Below, piece after piece: positions 53,760-64,000 of a stretch of 64,000 nucleotides of DNA (positions within the stretch are counted from its first letter, which is position 1; the number at the start of each line of letters is the position of its first letter). Under the pieces are notes generated by a model that saw only the letters and a list, made by a program, of their open reading frames with translations, made no database searches and was not told the DNA's origin. The DNA comes from Gnetum montanum (lineage: Eukaryota > Plantae > Gnetophyta). The position numbers and the translations under genes were made by a program. The stretch spans positions 469,648 to 533,647 of the forward strand of contig MNCI01002249.1 in the NCBI GenBank assembly GCA_015680685.1. The letters are read 5' to 3'.

Positions 53760-56461
53760 ATGATCCTAAAGAGACCAGCAGTTGAGGGAGCTTCCCAACA
53801 TGGTAGCAAAAGATCAAGAGGCTATGGCAAAGGCCAAGTGGGAGAACAGACTCCACAAGTTAAACATGATTAGTAGGAGGCTTAGTCATACAATATTCAT
53901 CAATAGACTATTGCCACTAAGTAGTTAGTGTAAGTAAAGGTAGAAGCACCACTAGCATCAAAATAGGGACAAAATCTCACATTGTCCAATGAATGCCTCT
54001 AGGCCATTCAGGAAAATTCTATCATGTCCACAATTATCATGGAACTAAACTTTGATCCATTCAAGGATTTTGCCCTAAAAACTATAAGAACACAACTCCA
54101 AGCCTCTCCACTATGTCCAACATTATCTAGCAATGCAAAATGGTTCTTGGGAGAGGTTTATCAATTTTGGAAAAATAAGCTAGATTATGTAACAGTGAAG
54201 ATAGAAGAAGTATTTGTGTTGTACTCTCTGGAAGCAATTACTAAGGTCTTGAATATTCCAAATGAAGGAGCTAATGTGGCACAAATCTCCACAAGGTCAA
54301 ATACAAATGCCAAGAAATTGTGGCTACAAAGGACCTACAACAAAGAAGATAAATATTATAGTGAGATGACTTCTAAAGAAAAGATTTATTTTAAAATTGG
54401 AACTTACCACTTGTTTCCAACCAAGAGGTTCAACTAAATCTTCATATACGTAGCTATAGGAAGTGCAATATTGATGGGCAAGTTCAATGATAATATTGCA
54501 CATCTAATATTTCTAGAGATTCAGAGATGGTTTAAGGAGAAGAAGGCATGGAAAACAACACTACCATTCCCTGGCTTAATAAGGAAGGTGTACAAACAAG
54601 AAAGAATTTTGGACTACACTAATAATGTCCCAAGCAAACCCTTGAATGCCTCTTATGCAGAAATGTCAAAACCAATGCCACCAAATAAAGATAGTTGGAG
54701 AAGCCAATAGGCATTGCGGGAGTTTCAAGTTCAATCCCTACTTGTAACATTCCATCTACTAGGCAATAGCAACAAGTAGGACCCAGTAGTCAAACAGCTA
54801 TTGGAGGTAAGCTAGAATAACAAGCTCCAACACCTCCATGAGACTACCATCCATCAATGAGCCATGTGTGTCAAATCGTAGAGCTCAGTAAGGTCCACAG
54901 TATCCACAAATCTTGCTAGTGGGTAGGTGTCATTACAGAAAGAGGAGAGGAAGATTGGGCATAACAAATTTTAGGGAACACTGCATCATTCCAAGTCATG
55001 CTAGAAACTTGTGAAGGCATCACAGTCATGGTTATGCAGCACCAAGATGTAGTGGGAGTAGTTGAAGTAATAACTGATCATATCATGGAACTTTGTAATG
55101 TCTCTATTATTCCATTGACCAATATATTTAGAGCTACATATGCTCAAATGCTAGCTGGTACCTCAATGAATTATGATGAACATGAAGATGTCTTAGATAG
55201 ACTACTACAGACTAGCCAAGTCATGCAAAATCTATTTAATATCCTCAATCATATCACTATAGTGCAGTTTGACTTGATAGCCACAAAAGGAAAGCTAGTG
55301 ATGGTTGAAATGAGGGTAGAACATGTTGAGAAGGAGATTTAAAGATTACAAAATGAATTAGTAGCTCTCAAAGAAGAAGTAAGAGACCTTGCATGATTTG
55401 TCATTCTAGACCAACTTAAGTAAGTTGGAACTCATCAGATGAGGTATTTGATTGCCCACAATATACATGTAGAGATGGAAAGAGAGAAGCTAGTGTTGAA
55501 TGCCTTTGTTACTAAAGTAGAAACATATGCACACACCAAAGCTCTCATAGCCTTGAAAGAAAAAAATAAGAAACTCATTGCTGAAAACACAAGGTTGATA
55601 GATGTAGAAAAGTAGAAAGATGTTCTCAAGGAAAGTATTTGTTAGTTACGAGAATAATTAGTTAGAGTCAACTAGGATATGAGAAAATCGACCTATGAAA
55701 ATAGGACATTCTCAATGGAGGAAGTACATGCTATTAGGAAAAAAAATCAACTATTGAGATAAGCATGTGGAAAAATGAGGCCAAGAGACATGAAAAGATC
55801 AAAGAGCATTTTAGGAACGAAGTGGACATGTAAAAGCAACTAAATGAGAAGGAAACCTAGATGGTAAAGGCCAAGATCAATTCTATCATTGCTCAAACTC
55901 TAGATTGGTAGCCCATCCTAGATAGTTTAGCCCATGTCCACTAGGTTGAGATAAAAACCAAAGATCTATAGATTGAGGACATGATAGAATACATGGGGTT
56001 AGCAAATCTTTGTGATGCTAACTTGCCCATGTTAATAGTAGGATGACCTTGGAATCAGTTCGAGCAATAGGTAGCGGTATGTACACAATGTACAAGAAAG
56101 AGTTTGTTGATAGAAAAGATGCATTGTAGAAATTAGATGTGACAAACTCTAAGCTTGAAATTGTAAAAGCTATCTACCAAGGGTAGAAGGATGTAGTAGT
56201 GAACTTGGCATGTAGAATGTTTGACTACCAAGAAGTTAGAAAGGTAGCTAGAGCTTTTGAGGAAAAACAATGACAGTTTGCGATGTGGTACGTGAAAGCA
56301 AATAAAATCATCCTAGAACTGCCATGCAATCAACATAGATGGTACATGATCCAAAGATAGAAGAAGAGAAGCTTCAAGTTCTCCTTAATAGATATCAATT
56401 TCAGAAGCTTGATGACAAAGGGAAGAATTTGATGGAAGAGCCTCCATTGCCTAGAACATAG
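53760..56461 (+). pseudogene. Extra (env-like) ORF of element E, ~900 codons: Athila/Transposase_32-like domain, linker, long coiled coil
   Basis: ORF fragments 54024-54437, 54471-54710 (GKFNDNIAHLIFLEI...LPFPGLIRKVYK) and 54998-55342. The distal part is E/K/L heptad-rich. Collinear with the copy in A. Confidence 0.85.
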
Positions 56462-59400
56462 AACTATATTGAACTACTTCAATTTTTGTTTTGTTTTATT
56501 TATCTTGTCAATTGTCAACTATGTTATTTTGTAAAAAACACCAATGTAGCATTCAAGAATCATGTAAATAGTTAGTCATGTTAAGTCAAGTCTACCACCT
56601 AATTTTGTAAGAAAATCTATTATCATTTTGTTTTAACTCAAGGACCAATTTCCCGTCAATCGTGGGGGTATGATAAAATCCATCATTTTTACCACTGGAA
56701 TATCATATCTATAATATTTTAGCTATGATATCATAGCTCATCCTACGTCATCATTGATGAAATGTCTTGGTATTTATGCAACCCCATAAATACCAATACT
56801 TGGATGCACAAATAACAACTTTTGATTCCAACCCTTATCCAAATTCCTTTGGTTTATTTTCATAGTTTTAGTAATAGGGTGAATGTTGGTAGTGTGGTGT
56901 TAAGTAGTTGGCTAACATCTTTATTTGAGTAAATTGTACTTGGACATAGTTTATGTATAGCAATAACAATCAAAGTTGTTTCTCATCATTGTAGCATTTC
57001 TTAGTTTTCTCTATGCTTTACTTAGAATAATTTTCTTGATTTCTTAGTTAATCATTTATATTTCAAGAATTTTTCTTTTACATGTTATTAGTAAGCAGAG
57101 TGGGTATGACTAGTTTCAAGCATTAAGTGTGGTTATTTGGTAACCCAGTAGTGACATTGCTTGATTCTCTTAGTAGTAATTCCACTTGGTAATCCCAGTG
57201 ATAACTACATGAGTCCAAGACATGATTGAAGAACCAAGAACGGATATCGCTATTAGGATAGAAGAGATTTACATTCTCATTATTACTTATACTTAAAATT
57301 TTAATCTAGTTTCAATTATGTTTATGACTAGAAGTATTAAGAGCCCTACAAAATCATCTATTATATGCCTCATTGAGAGTTAAACCATATGCTAAGTAAC
57401 TTGAAGTGGGAAGACAATGATCATGAACTTAACATCAACTTCTAGCATAATTACATTTTCCATCCTCAGATTATGATTTAGTCACACAGACACTCTTGAC
57501 TTGTATGGTAGAGTGTTGGGATTACCTTCACCATTCATCAATATGCTTAGGATTTTGTTGCATGTCCTCCTAAGAGATGCTCCATTTTCTCAACTATTTC
57601 ATCCCCTAAAAATACCAACCATAGTCTATAAAATTGAATGACAATAAATTTCAAATGAATGTTGGACCTCTTAGTCTCAAAGCCAAAAAATCTCACATTA
57701 CTTCATATTTTCTCCAAATGCTTTGTTACTCACTAAGGTCTTAATATTTTCTTTAATACATAAAGTTGATTTCTTTTCTTTGTTTTTGTGAAAAAACTTC
57801 ATGAAAAATATTTTACATAACTCTTTGTTCATAAATCTTATTGATAAATTAATAGTAAATGTAATGTTATCTATGAAATATTTTGTTGGTTACTATGTGG
57901 TTCTCATAGTGCACAAATAGACTTATGAAATTGTAATTGAAACTATTTTTCATTACATCCAAGACCTTATGGATTTTTTGGATTAGTTCAACAAGTTATT
58001 GCATCATGCTTATACATCTCAAAGAAAACCTATTGGGATTGAACTTGTATAGTGGGAACTTATAATTTTGATGTTGGTGCTCCTGAACATGTGTGTCCAT
58101 TGTTTTGTTGAATTCAAAAAACTCTTTTTAATATTTGACATGTCTAAATATAAGATATTACACCTTCTTGAGACCATTATCAAAGGAGAAATTATTTCTA
58201 ACCAATTTTGGCATTTTCAACAATGTACTAAAATCGACATTTTAAATAAAAAGAACTTCCTTCCTTAATGATAGGTATTAAAAAAAATATACAACTAATT
58301 GTCAACAATAGTTTACCTTATTTTTTAACTATTATTATTGTAAAGTATGCATAGTTAACTAATGTCCAACTTTGCAAAATTGTATATTAGCTAAAGAAAT
58401 CAAAGAAAAATTTGTTAAGTTTGTGATTGCTCAACATTTTATACATGTGCAACTTCTATATCTCTCATGGTGAATAATGAAAAATTTATCTTCTTTACTA
58501 TCTAACATACAAGTAAGAAAATTACTAATGTTTACAAGAATAATTCATCATCTCTATCTACAAACTATACTCAAAATATTATGTTTAAATTCAACAATAT
58601 TCATGAAATAAAAGATGATAAGTATCTTGTTATCATTATCATCATCTTGGCCTTGTTCTAATCAAATGAGATTTGATCTTATTATAATTAACTTATAAAA
58701 GGTAAAAAATTTTCAAAGTTTTGTAAAATAATCAAAACGTTCTTATCTACAAAATAGTGTGTCAATGTTACTGCATCAATTGTTTATTTTTATATTGAAT
58801 TAATTTGATGCTTTAAGTACTTTCCTATAATAAGAAAAATTAAATTATTTTATGTCATATGTTGAACTAATTTTTCAATTATAAAGAACAACCGAATAAA
58901 ATGTATTTGTTAACCCTTAATAGAAAAGGATGATCCAAATATGCAAGGCTATAACTTTTTACATCAAAACATAAACCATTAAGGAACTTCACAATGATGA
59001 TATAATATGTGGAAAAATACTTAGTTAATTTTAGAGCCCAGTTAAAACAAAGAAGGTACTTTGTTAAAAAAAAAAAGTTAACTCCAAATTAATATAACAT
59101 TTAAAAGATAACAAAAAGATGCCAAAATAAAAGAAGAAGAAAATGAGTGAGATTTGAAGAAGAATTTTGACATAAGCATCTACTAACTAAAGAGAACATA
59201 CATTATGTTATGTAATGCTAGCAATTGAAGTTGTGATTGTTAGTATCTAGATATGGTGATTGAAAATACTAATAACTCATGTGGTAAATGTGTTAATTTG
59301 TAAAGCCATAAGTAAATAAAATAATAATACAAGTGATCTAAAATTCAATGGCGAGGTTTTTATAAAAGGCTAAACTGCTAGTTGGAGAAATACAATAGAA

Positions 59401-60869
59401 CATTCGAAAAAGCTAATGTGTGCAATGTAGTATTAGGTTTTTCTTATTAACCATGAGGGTTTGTTTGACATCTTGATTAATTTGGTGTGTAGCTTACCTT
59501 CATTGGCATGTGTACTAATGCTTACATGGTTCCCTTGAAATAGTATATTCCCTTTTGACTTATTATCATTATTGATGAAAAAGGATCCACCTTGTGAGTG
59601 GCTCCTTACTTGTATTTGGGGTGGGGGGTTGTGGTGTGCGGGGAGGGGTGGTTTGTTGGGAAATGGATGTTGGAACCTAAAAGAATGATTATAAGAACAC
59701 CACAAGAATTATAGCTAACAGGATACATTAGAGGAATATAATGATCCCTCAAGTATGATTGAACTAGCAACCTATTACTTAATAAGATAATGAGCTAACA
59801 TTTTGAGCCATATATCATTGGCTCCTTAGTTGTGTTTATGCTATCTAACTCTTTAAGAATGTTTCCCATGCCAATCTTCTAGTAATATTTTATCACCGAA
59901 CTTGCCTATGTAACCATAGAGGTTTTTCTTCTTCATAGTGTTGTCACTTTTTAGAGTTGTTATAGACATTGATCCAGATGCATATACCATTACATTGCAG
60001 CCCTCAAAACATCATTAGTGATTAACTATAGGAATTGTATCCCCATGTAGTATGCACTAGTAGTATGACTATTGTTGAAGGATAAAGTAATCTCCCTCCT
60101 TGTGCCACATGGATGCATTAGAGGACACCTCTAGGTTTTATGTCTTTGATTTTAATGAGAGGTTTTTTTATTTACCCTTGTTTATTCAACAAGTTTTTAT
60201 GCATGCCAATATTATGTGATGCTTTTAATATAATATTATGATCTTTTACCTCTTAAAAAATAGAACATTCCAAAAAGTGTTTGTTAGATGATCCTTTCAT
60301 TTAATATAAGATAATAGGAAGATTTTAATTTTTTCCTAAATTTTCATAAATTCCTTTCCCATAATATTTTAGCTTGACCATAATATTTGAACATTTGACT
60401 AAAAGTTTGCTACCAAAGGTAGCTCATTATTGCCTATTGTAAATAATGTTATCATTAAGTTAACATCTTATTTAACAAAATATAATCCATAGGTTTAATT
60501 ACGTATGCAAGGGTTCGTGGATAAGCAAAAACAAAAACCTATTTTCAAGTTTGAAATTAGATCTTACAACTTGATGAAAAAGTATTTTTTTAGGATAAAG
60601 AAATAAATAGAAAAATGTTTAAAACACCTTTAAGTTTAAAGGGGTAGGGTGTTGGTACCTAAGTTTCAACTTAGTACCTTCTAATACAAGGCAATGTGAA
60701 AATAGTTATAAAAAAATATTATTGATAGCAATGTTGTCAAAGATATAATATAAACAAAGCTTACAAAATCAAGTATCACACCATGGCTAATGACCATTGT
60801 ATGTGAAAATATACCATACATATCCCCACAACTATTAGACCTTTCCTTTTTGTTGATTTGGAGTTTCAC

Positions 60870-62712
60870 TCAAGCTAAGATAGAAGAAGGGTTTAACTGG
60901 ACTAGCTTTTGGCAAAGGAAGGGATGCTTCAAGATTATATATAGAGTTGCTTAAATGAGGAGGAACCATGGTTTATATAGAAGTTTATAAGCTTTTAAAT
61001 ACAACTCTCCATAATGTGCTTCTAGAAGATTGGTGCATCAGTAGAGTAGGAACATTGTTCAAAAAAAGTGATAGAAATATTCTTAACAATCATTGGCTTA
61101 TTATGATCAGTCACCTCCTTGTAAAATTATTAGGCAATATTCTTAAGAGAAGGCTTAATAGTTAAATAGAATTAAACAATGTTTGGACAAGTTTATAAGT
61201 AAGTTTTAAGCAACATTGCTTCACTATGGATTGCATTAAGGTGTTGTAGGACTAGGCTAGAGGATTGCCTAATAAGGTTTATCTTTGCTTTATGGATTTT
61301 TTCAATGCTTATGGCTTTGTTATTTAGTATAAATTGTGTAGAAAGTTGTAGGATATTAATATTCATGGAGAACCTCTATATTTAGAAGTTGTATACTTTA
61401 GTATAAATTATGTTCTTGAATAATAACACGTAGGAAACATTTGTTCTAAATAGAAATATTTAATTGAAACAAGGATGTCCAATTTCATCTATTTTATATG
61501 GTATCTTCATTAATGAATTAGAACAATGGATGTCCTCTATTGCATTGGAATTTATTAAAGATATAGAAATTTTCTTGTGTATGTTTTAATGTTTGCTGAT
61601 GTTGTAGTTCTTATAGCAAAAATTGAAGTTTGAATGAAGTTTATGCTTGAAATTTTAGATGATTTTTGTACTAACTTAGGGATGAAAGTCAATGTTAGCA
61701 AAACCAAAATGATGGTTTGTGGTACAAGACCTTTTGTAGATGATTTTTATATTGGTTTAGAAAAAATTGTAATTGTTTTCTCTTATAAGTATTTAGACAT
61801 CTCCATTTCAAATAAATATTTTTGACAAGATTGTATTGATCAGATGGTTTCAAATAGTATGCATACTTTATATTCAATTCATAGTAAATGTGCACAAGAA
61901 CAAATTTGGTCATGGGATGTTCTTAAACGTATATACAATCAACTTGTTTAACTAGTTCTATTATACCATTGTAAAACTTGGGGATCCAATTTACCTATAG
62001 TGTAATGGAAATATGTCCAAAAATAATTATTATTGTAGGAACTTCAGATAAATGCTCAAATTCCATATGATATTTTATTAGCAGAAGCAAACATGCTACC
62101 TATAGAAATTATAACTCTTCAAAAAATTTTGTAGATTTATAAAAAGATGCTTGCTAGGCCTTGCATCTACCTATCCAACAAAGTTTATAAGGTCACATAG
62201 GAAAACAAGGATGGTTCAATGATAGGTAAAAAAAGGCTCCAAAATGGAATATTGAGGATCAAGATTTAAATTTGAGCTTTTAGAATTTGAAGACAAGGAT
62301 AAAATTGAAGCACATGTGGGAACAACCATGTGACAAAAAACAATTTTATTTGTTGCACATTGAAGAAGGATCCTTAACAAAAATACCTACTTATTTATTT
62401 ATTACTATTTCTAGACAAAGGAAGGTAGTAATCACATGTGCTTGTGGGATCTCACTCTCTATTGATTGAAATAGGGAAATGGATTAATGTTTAAAGAGAA
62501 TAATGCATTTGTAGATTTTGTATACATGCAATAGTGGAAGATGAAGAACATGTTTTTGTGAATTGTTTTTTCTTTAATGCTTTTAAACTTAAATATAGTA
62601 TTCAAGCTACAACTTTGCCACTTTATTTGAGCTTTAGGTGTCCATTTTGAATCATTTTCATAATAAAGTATTCAAGATCCATCGTGATCATATGAAAAGT
62701 TCATAATAAAAA
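60870..62712 (+). mobile_element. Non-L1 LINE (RTEX-like) RT and C-terminal CCHC finger pseudogene
   Basis: ELLK*GG, LFKKSD, CFMDFFNAY, LKQGCPISSILY, LMFADV, LGMKVNVSKTKMMV, YKYL, SHSL.IEIGKW...CRFC....EDEEHVFVNC. AATAAAAA at ~62705. The 5' limit is uncertain. Confidence 0.85.
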
Positions 62713-62763
62713 GTTTTTAGACCCTTTATCATCTGGCAAACATAATTGAGCATTTCCATTTCC

Positions 62764-62786
62764 ATATATATATATATATATATATA
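62764..62786. repeat. (TA)n microsatellite
   Basis: Read directly from the sequence. Confidence 0.95.
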
Positions 62787-63195
62787 AAAGCGTCTGACAG
62801 CCGAAAATATACTGTACCGCTTAAAATTTATTTTCATCCCATGCATAATTTATATTCACGCTTCAACGTACTGATATATTAGACATTCTGGAAATCGAAC
62901 GAGTTAAGCGAAAGCATTACCTTGTTGCCAGTAACTTGGTCAAGAACGCCAACGAAATTCTTCAGAAGCGCGTAACATAGAAAACGGTACCGCACTGCAC
63001 TGCAGTTTTATTATTATGATGACGATACAGCAACTAACCATGATCCCATACAAAGCAAGGACAATAAACACAGAGCCTAAGGCGCCAACAAGCAGGAGCG
63101 ACGCACTGGATCCTTACACAAGAACACCATAAGCTACATACTACGTAACAACAACGTACTAAACTAGATGCACTACTAACATATACTTACTACAT

Positions 63196-63798
63196 TCAGT
63201 GTCCATTACGACCTGAGCCGGAGCCATAGCCAGAACCGGAACCATAACCATAGCCGGATCCGCCACCGTTACCGTTACCGCTGCCGCTGCCCTCACCATA
63301 ACCGCGGCCAGAGCCCTGGCCACATCCACGACCACCACCGGAACCGGCGCCTTCACCGTATCCACTTCCGCCGCCTTTGCCGTAACCGCGTCCGGAGCCC
63401 TCGCCGTAACCGCGGCCACCGCCGGCACCGGAGCCGGCGTATGACCCGGCGCCGGATCCCGATCCTGAGCCTGCACCGGAGCCCGCAGCTGAGCCGGCGC
63501 CTGAGCCTGAACCAGAGCCCGAGCCGGAACCGGAGCCACTGCCGGAACCGCTGCCGCTGCCGCTGCCGCCGAGACCAACGCCGGCACCTACTCCTGCGCC
63601 GATTCCCGCGCCGATGCCGCCGAGATCGACGCCGAGATCGCTCCTCCTTTTCATGGTGAGGGTCACGTCCATGTAACGTGCTTGCGCCGTGGCGACGCAT
63701 GCCCATGCCCATGCCCATGCAAGCAGCGTCACCGCCATGATCGCTGACACTGACACTGGCACTGGCACTTGCTTCCTTGGCATTGCCATGCTGTTCAT
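63196..63798 (-). CDS. Secreted glycine-rich (cell wall) protein, intronless
   Basis: Intact GC-rich ORF with a hydrophobic signal peptide ending ...VATAQA-R, then DLGVDLGGIGAGIG, (GS)n, AGSYAGS and GGGRGYG repeats typical of plant GRPs. The start could be ATG 63798, 63789, 63783 or 63739. Candidate polyA signal at ~63006-63015. Confidence 0.92.
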   Translation of the reverse strand: MNSMAMPRKQVPVPVSVSAIMAVTLLAWAWAWACVATAQARYMDVTLTMKRRSDLGVDLGGIGAGIGAGVGAGVGLGGSGSGSGSGSGSGSGSGSGSGSGAGSAAGSGAGSGSGSGAGSYAGSGAGGGRGYGEGSGRGYGKGGGSGYGEGAGSGGGRGCGQGSGRGYGEGSGSGNGNGGGSGYGYGSGSGYGSGSGRNGH

Positions 63799-64000
63799 GA
63801 ATTGCAACTGCCACTGCAATGGCAGTCTGAGATCCTTCCTTCGTTTTCAAGCTGGAGCTGCAACTGATTGATGCTTGCTATGTTATTCTGGTCCTACTGA
63901 TTCTGATTGATTGATTGCTAATGAGGCTGAGGTGCTGCAGAGTGCTTATCGGTAGATTGTTATGTATAGAGATGGAAATATGCAATTCTTCGTGGTGAAT

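Larger units (their letters stand above)
37084..57540 (+). mobile_element. Element E: complete non-autonomous Athila-like element (gag, protease, extra ORF; no RT/RH/IN); contains F and J
   Basis: LTRs 37084-37958 and 56671-57540, perfect TSD ATATG (37079-37083, 57541-57545), PBS 37959-37977, PPT 56658-56670. Confidence 0.93.

Noticed and set aside
57950-60300. Faint LINE-like peptides (CFVEFKKLF at ~58100; possible endonuclease traces at 59400-60100)
   Set aside because: Single weak motifs. Boundaries and identity cannot be supported without an HMM search.
63159-63871. Overlapping alternative-frame and antisense ORFs (Ala/Pro-rich, Arg-rich)
   Set aside because: Shadow frames of a GC-rich repetitive GRP coding sequence.

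Overview
This is eukaryotic, almost certainly land-plant DNA: it has a plant-type tRNA-Leu(CAG), Athila-type tRNA-Asp primer binding sites and a cell-wall glycine-rich protein gene. Most of the window is a stack of decayed, nested retroelements. Two small CpG-retaining host islands remain: a tRNA-Leu gene (7803-7883, -) and a secreted glycine-rich protein gene (63196-63798, -). I resolved at least seven Athila-like Ty3/gypsy insertions (labelled A, B, E, F, G, H, J here) plus solo or partial LTRs, using TGAT...ATCA termini, target-site duplications (TSDs), PBS and PPT motifs. There are also an L1-type LINE and two RTEX-like LINE remnants. All TE coding regions are pseudogenised, mostly by C>T/G>A changes at CG and CHG sites. 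The most interesting signal is the architecture of this retrotransposon family. It carries a ~900-codon extra ORF (Athila env-like/Transposase_32-like domain plus a long coiled coil) that appears to be an independent transcription unit. That unit has an internal TATA box, a ~300-nt 5'UTR intron ending directly on the ATG, and the same palindromic CGAYRTCG motif array as the LTRs. The extra ORF is retained in a non-autonomous sub-lineage that lost RT, RNase H and integrase. The family also has an unassigned conserved N-terminal Gag domain, a Cys-rich motif between protease and RT, and three PPT-like copies per element. All coordinates and alignments were made by eye, and no database searches were run.
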